Shown: one piece after another, positions 53,972 through 61,888 of the stretch | How positions within the stretch are numbered: position 1 is the stretch's first letter | Layout of the letters: each line of letters begins with the position of its first letter | NCBI GenBank assembly: GCA_046725585.1 | Contig: JBKOYV010000160.1 | Span: forward strand, 2,742 to 66,741 | Origin: Gemmatimonadota bacterium | Lineage (GTDB): Bacteria; Gemmatimonadota; Gemmatimonadetes; Gemmatimonadales; Gemmatimonadaceae | DNA length: 64,000 nucleotides | Direction of reading: 5' to 3' | Notes under the pieces: model-generated | Told to the model about the DNA's origin: nothing | The model's database searches: none | What the model saw: the letters and a program-made list of their open reading frames with translations, nothing else | Translations under genes and position numbers: made by a program

Positions 53972-54487
53972 TCAGCCGTCCCTCGATGCCACGGGAGATC
54001 CGAGCCGGATCGTTGGCGTCACGGACCGGTACTGCTTTGCCAGGAGACGCCGGAAGAGATGCGCTTTCCTGTGCTTGGCGCTCGACACGAAGACGATCAT
54101 CGTCGATCTTCCCGCCGGAGAAACGCGCAGGTGCACGACGCCGCCCGGCACCGTCAGCGTGCAGGCGTCAGCGGCGCGGGCGGACGGCGCGCACAGCCGG
54201 GAGGCGCACTCCTCGATCACCGTCAGCACCGCGCCCGAGTCCTGACCGATCACCCACCAGCGCGACCGCACGAGCCAGCCTCCAAGCAGCACGACGATGG
54301 CGCCCGCCAGCACGCCTAACGACAAGTGTCCGCCGCCCAGCACGGTGATCGCCGCGGCCACCAGGACGTACAGCGCCGTCAGGAAAAAGACCCAGTCACC
54401 ACGCACGACCGTCGGCTCGCGCCGCGCGAGGACGACCACCGACGCCGCAATCACCAGTGCGACGTACGCGGCCGCCCAGCCGAGCAC
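53972..54487 (-). CDS. hypothetical membrane protein
   Basis: 171 aa with three N-terminal TM helices. The stop is 1 nt before the hydrolase start. Confidence 0.55.
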   Translation of the reverse strand: MLGWAAAYVALVIAASVVVLARREPTVVRGDWVFFLTALYVLVAAAITVLGGGHLSLGVLAGAIVVLLGGWLVRSRWWVIGQDSGAVLTVIEECASRLCAPSARAADACTLTVPGGVVHLRVSPAGRSTMIVFVSSAKHRKAHLFRRLLAKQYRSVTPTIRLGSPVASRDG

Positions 54488-54500
54488 GTCCCGGCTCCGT

Positions 54501-54935
54501 CTACTGGTCGAGAATCGCCTTCAGATTCTCGACCGCGCGAGCGCCTTCCGCCTCGTTCAACCTCTCGACTACCCCGGTTTGCATCTTCGCCAGGAGCGAC
54601 TGCGGCACGTCGTATGTCACATCGACCATCACCTTCACGCTATTGCCCTGTGGCTCGGCACTGTAGGTGAAGGTGCTCTTGATCCCGGTGGTCGTCTTGA
54701 AGCTGAATTTTTTCCCGCTCTCATAGCTCACCGTCTCGGCGCGGCCGGAGAATTCGACGCCCGCCATCACGAACGTCCAATCCCAGGACGTGCCCGCCTT
54801 TTTCGGATCGCCGTTGATGTTTGCGACAGACTTGAGCGGTCCGAGAAAGGCCGGATGGTTTCTCACATCGGCGATGTAGCTCATGATCTGATCGGCCTTG
54901 TTCGTGATGATCGCTGACTTGGCTACATGGGACAT
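54501..54935 (-). CDS. SRPBCC (START/polyketide-cyclase-like) family protein
   Basis: 144 aa. ..ADQIMSYIADVRNHPAFLGPLKSV.. and a beta-rich core. Visibly lower G+C than its neighbours. Confidence 0.65.
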   Translation of the reverse strand: MSHVAKSAIITNKADQIMSYIADVRNHPAFLGPLKSVANINGDPKKAGTSWDWTFVMAGVEFSGRAETVSYESGKKFSFKTTTGIKSTFTYSAEPQGNSVKVMVDVTYDVPQSLLAKMQTGVVERLNEAEGARAVENLKAILDQ

Positions 54936-55754
54936 CGTGCCCTCCGAAAATGCGACGCTGATTCGAGTGAACGCCTGCCGCCGGACGATAATCGCCAGAC
55001 CGTCGGCGCGGCTACTACCTTACTCGAACCTTCTGCGTTGAGCGAGACGTTGCTGGTCCGATTCCCGGTAGCCCGACACTCGGCGCGTGTACACCTCGTG
55101 ACCCCGGCGGTCGTCGAGCGGACGGTCGCGCGTCGCGGCGTGGAAGGAATCCTGACGGCCGGCGAGCGCGCGGCCTTCGACGCGTTCCCCCTCGAGCGAC
55201 GTCGCCGCGACTGGCTCGCCGGCCGTCTGGCAGCCAAGCGTGCCCTGCGCGCGACGTGTCGAGGTCGGGGCGGGACCGTACCGGCATACACCGCGATCGA
55301 GATCCGAAACGACGCCGACGGTGCGCCGGGCTTCGCCATCGATGGAAGCCCCGAGCTCGACGGACGCCTCGACATCTCCATCGCGCACTCAGACGGTGCC
55401 GCGGTCGCCGCGGTCGCGGACAGACTCGCGTCAGGCCCCGTCGGCGTTGACGTGGAGGTCACGAAACCACTGTCGATCGGTCTTGTGCGACGCGTGCTCC
55501 GATCCGCCGAGATCGACCGCCTTGGCGGAAGCTCGACCATTGATCCGACGCCACTCGAGATGTGGACCGCCAAGGAGGCGGCGATGAAGGCGGCGCGACA
55601 TCTGTGTGAAGCGCTCCGCGACGTGGAGCTCTCGTGGACGCGCGCGCGTACGATGCGTGCGCGCATCGTACGCGACGGGTTGCCGGCGCACTCGATCCTC
55701 GTCAGGCATCGGACTGCTGGCCCGTACACCATCGCCCTCGCACTCTATCGATGA
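54927..55754 (+). CDS. 4'-phosphopantetheinyl transferase
   Basis: ..RRRRDWLAGRLAAKRAL.., ..ISIAHSDGAAVAAV.., ..GVDVEV.., ..WTAKEAAMKA... The true start is probably downstream (TTG near 55035/55047), because ATG 54927 overlaps the divergent SRPBCC start. Confidence 0.75.
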   Translation: MGHRALRKCDADSSERLPPDDNRQTVGAATTLLEPSALSETLLVRFPVARHSARVHLVTPAVVERTVARRGVEGILTAGERAAFDAFPLERRRRDWLAGRLAAKRALRATCRGRGGTVPAYTAIEIRNDADGAPGFAIDGSPELDGRLDISIAHSDGAAVAAVADRLASGPVGVDVEVTKPLSIGLVRRVLRSAEIDRLGGSSTIDPTPLEMWTAKEAAMKAARHLCEALRDVELSWTRARTMRARIVRDGLPAHSILVRHRTAGPYTIALALYR

Positions 55755-56725
55755 CACGCGTCGGCATCGACGCCCTGACCTACTACCTGCCCGCGTCTGC
55801 CCCCACCCTTGCGGAGCTCGAGCAGCGTGGGGCGCTGCGCGGACCCGCATCCACGCTTGCCGGGTTCGGCTTCGAGCGGGCGCGCGTGGCCGAGTCGGAG
55901 AGTCACGTGGACATGGCGATGCACGCCGTGCGAACGCTCCTCGACGAGACGAACACCTCGCCCGATGAGATCGATCTCGTCCTCTATGCGGGCGCGCTGA
56001 CGTCCAGCTCCACCATGGAGTGCGCACCTGCCCCCGCGGGGTCGGTGCTGCAGCTGCGGGACCTCATGGACTTCTTCAAGTACCCGGTCTCACAGCTCCA
56101 GAGTGAGCTCGATCTCGTGAACGCATCGGTCGCCGGCATCGACCAGCAAGGGTGTGCCGCGATCTTCTCGAGCGTTCGGCTCGCCCGCGCGACACTGCTC
56201 GCGGAGCCCGACGTTCGCACGGTGCTGTGCGTGAGCGCGGACCGGTTGCCGCACGGTACGTCACGCGAGGTCGTTTACAATCTGGTGTCGGACGGTGCGT
56301 GCGCGATGCTCGTGCGCCGTGACGCGGCGCGAAACCGTCTCGTCGCCACGCACCAGGTGACCAAGGGGGCGTTCTGGGATTCCGGGTCGCTCGAGAACGA
56401 GATCATCGCCGCCTACTTTCCGACCGCACGCACCGTGATCGGGGACACGCTGCGGAAGGCAGGCGTCACCCTGAACGACATCCGGTGGGTGATCCCGCAT
56501 AACGTGTCCCTGCGCAGCTGGGAAATCCTGCTCGGGCTCATCGGGTGTCCCCGCGAAAAGCTGTTCAGCGCCAACATCGGGCGCGTGGGCCACACGATCG
56601 CCGCGGACAACTTCATCAACCTTCGCGACGCGACCGACGCTGGGCTCCTCCACACGGGCGATCTGCTGCTCCTCTTCACGTTCGGCTACGGGCTGAACTG
56701 GAGCTGCATGGTGCTCGAGCACTGA
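55751..56725 (+). CDS. KAS III (FabH)-like condensing enzyme/acyltransferase
   Basis: Trimmed to MTRVGIDALTYYLP.. (ATGA overlap with the PPTase). Active-site Cys ..DQQGCAAIF.., ..VIPHNVS.., ..VGHTIAADN.. (GHT where FabH has GNT). Confidence 0.8.
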   Translation: MTRVGIDALTYYLPASAPTLAELEQRGALRGPASTLAGFGFERARVAESESHVDMAMHAVRTLLDETNTSPDEIDLVLYAGALTSSSTMECAPAPAGSVLQLRDLMDFFKYPVSQLQSELDLVNASVAGIDQQGCAAIFSSVRLARATLLAEPDVRTVLCVSADRLPHGTSREVVYNLVSDGACAMLVRRDAARNRLVATHQVTKGAFWDSGSLENEIIAAYFPTARTVIGDTLRKAGVTLNDIRWVIPHNVSLRSWEILLGLIGCPREKLFSANIGRVGHTIAADNFINLRDATDAGLLHTGDLLLLFTFGYGLNWSCMVLEH

Positions 56726-56734
56726 CCGCCGCGC

Positions 56735-57844
56735 ATGACGAGCTCGCGGGTGCCGGAGCGGCGAACGATCCTCGTGACGGGCGGGACCGGTACGTTAGGC
56801 AGGGAGCTGGTCGCGCGTTTCGCCCGCGCAGATGACGCTTCGGTCGTCGTGCTCGCGCGCGGTACGGCGCATCCGCGTCCCGCCGTGCTGCCGCCAGGTG
56901 TCCGCGCGCTCGCGAGCGACGTGCGGCATGGTTCCACGCTCGGGCTCAGTGCGTCCGACCGCGCGATGCTTCGCGAGAGCGTCACCGACATTGTACACTG
57001 TGCGGCCGACACGACGTTCAACCGCCCGCTCGCCGACGCGCGCGCAACCAACGTGACGGGCACCGAGGCGGTCCTCGCGTTCGCAAAGGAGTGTCGGCGG
57101 CTCCGGCGGCTTGCCTGCTTCAGTACGGTGTACGTCGCGGGGCGCACGACGGGCTGCTTCACGGAGCACGATGTCGGCGGCGCCGACGGGTTCGTGAACA
57201 GCTACGAGCAGTCGAAGGCGGAAATGGAAGCGGTGGTGCGCGACGCGATGCGCCGGCTGCCGATCGCCATCTACCGCCTGAGCACGATCATTGGCGACGC
57301 TCGTACCGGCGAGGTCTCCGGGTTCAACGCGATCCATCACGCCCTGAGACTGCTGTATCAGGGCCTTGCCCCGATGGTGCCGGGTCGGGAAACCGGCCTC
57401 GTGGACCTCATCCCCGTGGATTTCGCTGCCGACGCGAGCCACCATCTCTTCGAGCGCGAGTTCACTGCCGGCGCGACGTATCATCTGTGTGCCGGCGCGG
57501 CGCATTCTGCCACGCTGGGAACCCTGCTGGATGCGACGATGGCGGCGTTCGAGCGATACCGCCCGGCGTGGCGCAAGCGCAGCATCGCCCGGCCCGCAAT
57601 CGTGGAGTTGGAGACGTACGAGCTGTTCGTACGCTCGGTGGAGGAGGCGGGGAATCAGGTGCTGCTGCAGGCGACGCGGGCCGTGCAGGCGTTCGCCTAC
57701 CAGCTCGCGTATCCCAAGGTGTTCGATGCTCGGTACGCCGAGGGCGTGCTCGCGCCGGCAGGCATCGCGGCGCCGAATGTGCTCGACTATTACGACGGGA
57801 TCGTGCGGTGGTGTATCGAAACAAACTGGGGGGCACAGGCATGA
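56735..57844 (+). CDS. NAD(P)-dependent SDR of the thioester-reductase / fatty-acyl reductase type
   Basis: ..ILVTGGTGTLGRELV.. Rossmann motif, catalytic ..NSYEQSK.. (YxxxK), about 370 aa as in stand-alone TR domains. Confidence 0.75.
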   Translation: MTSSRVPERRTILVTGGTGTLGRELVARFARADDASVVVLARGTAHPRPAVLPPGVRALASDVRHGSTLGLSASDRAMLRESVTDIVHCAADTTFNRPLADARATNVTGTEAVLAFAKECRRLRRLACFSTVYVAGRTTGCFTEHDVGGADGFVNSYEQSKAEMEAVVRDAMRRLPIAIYRLSTIIGDARTGEVSGFNAIHHALRLLYQGLAPMVPGRETGLVDLIPVDFAADASHHLFEREFTAGATYHLCAGAAHSATLGTLLDATMAAFERYRPAWRKRSIARPAIVELETYELFVRSVEEAGNQVLLQATRAVQAFAYQLAYPKVFDARYAEGVLAPAGIAAPNVLDYYDGIVRWCIETNWGAQA

Positions 57845-59034
57845 CGGGCTCGTCGCCGAAGGCGCTGCCGACCCCCGCTGAGCTCGAGCGGCAGCTCGCG
57901 CACTTCGTCAACGTCACGCTGCTGGGCGGAGGCAACGCGGTCGGGCGCGACACGCGCCTGTTCGAGGATGGGTACATGAACTCGCTCCGCATCCTCGATC
58001 TGATCGCGATGGTGGAGAAAACGTTAGGCGCGCGCATACCCGACCGCTCGGTTCGCCTCGCGAACTTCCGTACGATCGCCACCATCGTGCAGGTGTTTCA
58101 CCCGGACGCCGGCGTTGTCGCCGCCTCGGCCCCCGATCGGCTGTTCGAGCGCCGCGCTGACCGATCACGCTTTGCCTCGCCAGTCGAACTGCTTCGACAC
58201 CGGGGTGACGTCAGAGTCACCGGTGCCGGTCGCGTCGCCCTGGCTGGCCTCGCGCTCCAGGTCCTCGAGGCGGTCGATGACACCGTCGTGCGTTGGGCGG
58301 AATCCCTCGGCGCTTCCGATCACCGCTACCCGAGCCTGATCGACACGGCCATCCTCCGGCGTGCCGGGCAGACGCCATCCACGATGGTCATCCCGAGCGC
58401 GGATGTCATCCCGAGCGCTGATGACGAGGTTATGCTCGCCCCCGCCGTCTGCTACCACGCCTATCCCGAGTGGGCCGGCAAGGCCATCGGAGACACCCCC
58501 ACGGTCCTCACCGCGCGCGGCCACTGTTACCGCTACGAGGGCGGCCACCACGTCCCGCTGGAACGGCTGTGGGAGTTCACGATGCGCGAGATCATCGTGA
58601 TGGGAACACGCCAGCAGGTCGAAGACGTCCGGCAGTCACTCGTCAGGCAGGTCGCGACTCTCGTCGACACGCTGAAGCTGGACGCCTCGATCGAAACCGC
58701 CACCGACCCGTTCTTCACGGCCGGTGATGAGGGCCGCCGCCTCATGCAGCAGGCCGGCGCGCTCAAGTACGAGCTCCGCCTCGCCGTCGACGCGACGGGC
58801 CGCACGATAGCCGCCGCGTCGTTCAACCATCACCACGACTTCTTCGGCACGCGCTTCGGCATTCGCCTCGCCGACGACACCCCCGCGCACAGCGGATGCG
58901 TCGCGTTCGGGCTCGAGCGGTGGATGCTTGCGCTGCTCGCGCAGCACGGTGTTGAGCGAGACGCGTGGCCTAACGCGGTGCGAGCGTGGCTCGATGAGGC
59001 GCTCCACCGACCGGCTTGGGGATCCGGTGCGTGA
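57841..59034 (+). CDS. carrier-protein domain fused to a class-II aaRS-like (SerRS-type) amino acid:[carrier protein] ligase
   Basis: N-terminal PP-binding-like ..FEDGYMNSLRILDLIAMVEKTLG... C-terminal motif-2-like ..GHCYRYEGGHHVPLERLWEFTMREIIVMG.., motif-3-like ..HSGCVAFGLERWMLALL.. and Cys residues (..APAVCYHAY..) as in Zn-dependent atypical SerRS homologues. No tRNA-binding arm. ATGA overlap with the SDR. Confidence 0.7.
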   Translation: MTGSSPKALPTPAELERQLAHFVNVTLLGGGNAVGRDTRLFEDGYMNSLRILDLIAMVEKTLGARIPDRSVRLANFRTIATIVQVFHPDAGVVAASAPDRLFERRADRSRFASPVELLRHRGDVRVTGAGRVALAGLALQVLEAVDDTVVRWAESLGASDHRYPSLIDTAILRRAGQTPSTMVIPSADVIPSADDEVMLAPAVCYHAYPEWAGKAIGDTPTVLTARGHCYRYEGGHHVPLERLWEFTMREIIVMGTRQQVEDVRQSLVRQVATLVDTLKLDASIETATDPFFTAGDEGRRLMQQAGALKYELRLAVDATGRTIAAASFNHHHDFFGTRFGIRLADDTPAHSGCVAFGLERWMLALLAQHGVERDAWPNAVRAWLDEALHRPAWGSGA

Positions 59035-59918
59035 CTCGGCTGCACAACCGCACGCGCACGTCGGAGTCCATCCCGCGAAAGCTGCTCCGCCAGGGCAAGC
59101 TGCATCTCCTCCCCATCTACGCGCTCATGCGCACCAGCGACCTCGCGCGCGAAGGCATTGAGAACTCCGGCAGCTATCGATTCGCGGACCATGTCTATCG
59201 TAACGAGCCCAGTGGCCGCTTCGGCATCGGCCGCGCGCTCGATGCGGTGTTGCTGCGCATGCGCGGCGCCCGGTCCATGCGCAACCGCTTCCACCACACC
59301 CAGCGCGAAATCCTCGCTGCAGCCCGGACGCTCGAGTCGCGCAGCGCCACCGACCCGGTTGCGGCCAGCGCACCGTTTCGCGTACTGTCGATCCCGAGCG
59401 GTATCGCGCGTGACCTCGTCCTCGCTGCCCGGGCCGTCGAGCGGGAGCTCCCGGGGGTGTACGCGCGCAGCACATTTTTCGGCGTGGACCTCGACCCCGT
59501 GCCGCTCGAGCTTTCGCGTGACCTCGCGGGACGGGACGACCACTACTTCTTCACCCGTGGCGACGCCCTCGATCCGGCGTCCTTCCCCTCGGAGCTCGAC
59601 ATCATCGTCTCCACGGGACTCGGAGAATTCCTGAGCGATGACCTGCTCGTGCAGTTCTACACGAACTGTCGCAATCGGCTTCGGCCGGGCGGCACCTTCG
59701 TCACATCCGCCATGCAACCCGACCGCGTCGCGGACTACCTGATGCGTCAACTCGCGGAGCTTCATGCGCACTACCGCCGCGGCGATGAGATCATTCGATG
59801 GCTGCACGCGGCCGGCTTCCACGAGGTGTCGACACGCCAGGACGAGGTGGGCCTGCAGACGCTCGTCGTCGCGCGGCGTGTCGAGCGCCGGAGTGCCCCC
59901 CGCGGCCAGGAGGCGTGA
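59016..59918 (+). CDS. class I SAM-dependent methyltransferase
   Basis: ..FRVLSIPSGIARDL.., ..GVDLDP.., ..DIIVSTGLGEFLSD.., ..LRPGGTFVTS... Start is TTG 59016 or GTG 59031 (GTGA overlap). Confidence 0.65.
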   Translation: MGIRCVTRLHNRTRTSESIPRKLLRQGKLHLLPIYALMRTSDLAREGIENSGSYRFADHVYRNEPSGRFGIGRALDAVLLRMRGARSMRNRFHHTQREILAAARTLESRSATDPVAASAPFRVLSIPSGIARDLVLAARAVERELPGVYARSTFFGVDLDPVPLELSRDLAGRDDHYFFTRGDALDPASFPSELDIIVSTGLGEFLSDDLLVQFYTNCRNRLRPGGTFVTSAMQPDRVADYLMRQLAELHAHYRRGDEIIRWLHAAGFHEVSTRQDEVGLQTLVVARRVERRSAPRGQEA

Positions 59919-59921
59919 CAA

Positions 59922-60653
59922 GTGATCTACGAATCCCACCTGCGCGCCACCGAGGAAAACGCGTGGCCCCTCGACTCCTCCATCGCGTGGGATGCGATCG
60001 ACCTCGACGTCGCGCGCAGCGAGCGCGATCTACACCAGGCACTGCACGACGCGGCGCTCATCGAAGGGTACCTGCCGGTGTACGCCGCGCGGCTCATGCA
60101 GCTCCTCTGGGACGACGTCGATGCGACCGCCGTGCTCAGCATGGAGCTCTACGAGGGACTCAAGCACTTCACCGCGCTCGCCCGGTACCTCGACCGCGTG
60201 GGCTATCAACGCGAGGAGGTCTCCGAGGCGACGCTCGTGGCCGCGCGAGCGCGCGCGCTCGCGATCGCGTACGACAGGGCCGACCTCATCGCGCACCTCA
60301 CGAACTTCATGTGCTCGGAGCTCTTCGCCGCGTACTTCTTCCTGCGTATTGCCCGCCGCACTAACGAGCCGGTGCTGCGAGAGCTGTTAGGCTACATGTC
60401 GCGCGATGAGTTCCGTCACAGCGCAAGCGCCGGCGACGTCCTCAAGAAGCGCATCGATCGCGATCCCGGGATCGCTGCCCAGGTCCTCGCGGCCGCCGAG
60501 CGGTTTCGCCACTATGGGAGCGACGTCGTTCAGGTCCCCGTCGCCGAGGAGAACGACTTCGAGGCGATCATGGCCATGAACCGAAAGGTCCGCCTGCTGT
60601 GCGGCCTCGCGCCGACCGAGCATCTCAAGGAGTCCGTCCCCGGTGGAGATTAG
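59922..60653 (+). CDS. ferritin-like / acyl-ACP-desaturase-like putative diiron protein
   Basis: 243 aa, all-helical. ..MELYEGLKHF.. and ..SRDEFRHS.. (DExRH-type ligand motif). Confidence 0.55.
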   Translation: MIYESHLRATEENAWPLDSSIAWDAIDLDVARSERDLHQALHDAALIEGYLPVYAARLMQLLWDDVDATAVLSMELYEGLKHFTALARYLDRVGYQREEVSEATLVAARARALAIAYDRADLIAHLTNFMCSELFAAYFFLRIARRTNEPVLRELLGYMSRDEFRHSASAGDVLKKRIDRDPGIAAQVLAAAERFRHYGSDVVQVPVAEENDFEAIMAMNRKVRLLCGLAPTEHLKESVPGGD

Positions 60654-61497
60654 CGAAAACGATCTCTGGATCCTCAGCTACTACCGCGAGTCGGAGCTCG
60701 CGGGAAGTCTCGTCATGGGCCGCCTCGCGCGGGAAACGGACGACGACGACCTGCGTGTGCACCTCACCGAGCATTGCGCGGAAGAGGCCCACCACGCGTG
60801 GCTGTGGACGGAGACGATCCTCAAGGTGGGCGGTACCCCGAAGCGCGTGGCCGAGACGTACCAGACGCGCTACTACGCCGAGATCGGGATGCCGGCGAGC
60901 CTGCTCGAGATTCTTACACTCACACAAGTTTTCGAGCGGCGCGTAATACGGCATTTCCGCGCCCACCTCAAGTGGCCTGACGTGCACCCCGCGGTGGCCG
61001 AAACGCTCCGCCGCATGATCGAGGACGAGGTCGGCCACATCAGCTGGGTAAAGGACCGCCTCGATCGATACGCGGCCGAGAAGGGGGAAGCGATCGTGGC
61101 CGAAACGATGCGCCGCTTCACCGAAGTGGATGAACGCGTCTACGAAGCGGCGATGCGCTACCGGGACAACGCACGCGAGCTGCTCGACCCCGCGCTCCGT
61201 GGGAACGGACAGGCGCGCCCCCAGCCGACGTCGATCACGGCACCGTCGGCCTCACGCGCGACCACGAGCAATGCCGAGCTCCGCCACCTCGTGGCGAAGT
61301 CGCTCGGCGTGAACGACGACATCGTGCTCGATACGTCGTCGCTCCGCGACCTGGGTGTCAACTCGCTCGACCTCGTGGTGCTCGTGATGTCGATCGAGGA
61401 GCATTTCCACGTCGAGTTCGAGGCGAGCGACCTGGAGCGACTGCGGACGTTCGCCGACCTGGCGCGCCGCGTGACCGAGCTGACCGCGGTTCGTTAG
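60643..61497 (+). CDS. diiron four-helix-bundle (ferritin-like) oxygenase domain fused to a C-terminal acyl-carrier domain
   Basis: E..ExxH x2 ligand pattern (..YRESELAG.., ..CAEEAHH.., ..VFERRV.., ..IEDEVGH..). A linker is followed by ..LRDLGVNSLDLVVLVMSIEEHF.. (PP-binding). The stop TAG lies inside a CGTTAGGC copy. Confidence 0.7.
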   Translation: MEISENDLWILSYYRESELAGSLVMGRLARETDDDDLRVHLTEHCAEEAHHAWLWTETILKVGGTPKRVAETYQTRYYAEIGMPASLLEILTLTQVFERRVIRHFRAHLKWPDVHPAVAETLRRMIEDEVGHISWVKDRLDRYAAEKGEAIVAETMRRFTEVDERVYEAAMRYRDNARELLDPALRGNGQARPQPTSITAPSASRATTSNAELRHLVAKSLGVNDDIVLDTSSLRDLGVNSLDLVVLVMSIEEHFHVEFEASDLERLRTFADLARRVTELTAVR

Positions 61498-61513
61498 GCA
61501 GGCCTGACGGCGG

Positions 61514-61786
61514 CTATTTCTTCGTGATGCCCGTCGGCTCGGTATGCTCGACCACGATGGTATAGTCCGACGCGAGCGCGGCAATGCCGGCGATGGCTGC
61601 CCAGAACGGGAGCAGCGCGGCACCCAGGAGGCCGGCGGTGAGCGGAATGTCCAGGATCGTGCGACCCTGCGCGTTCTTGATGACCACGCGCCTAACGGTG
61701 CCCTTGCGAATGATCTCTTTCAGCTTGGCCTTGAGGTTGGCGCCGCTGACCTTGAACTCTTCGGTGCGTGGGCCGGTGGTGGACAT
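61514..61786 (-). CDS. DUF4342-domain protein
   Basis: Trimmed to MSTTGPRTEEFKVSGANLKAKLKEIIRKGTVRRVVIKNAQGRTILDIPLT.. with a C-terminal hydrophobic segment. Confidence 0.65.
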   Translation of the reverse strand: MSTTGPRTEEFKVSGANLKAKLKEIIRKGTVRRVVIKNAQGRTILDIPLTAGLLGAALLPFWAAIAGIAALASDYTIVVEHTEPTGITKK

Positions 61787-61888
61787 GGTGCCTGGGTCGG
61801 AAAGGGAACGAGCCGGGATGGCGTGCCGATCTCCCGGCACGCCGCCCGTCCAGCGCCCAAGCTAGAGGAGCGCCGGCCCCTCGGCTAG

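Noticed and set aside
57091-57840. N-terminal 250 aa of the 647-aa ORF 57091..59034
   Set aside because: It overlaps the SDR/thioester-reductase gene out of frame and is Arg/Gly-rich. ATG 57841 forms an ATGA junction with the SDR stop, and the carrier domain starts there.
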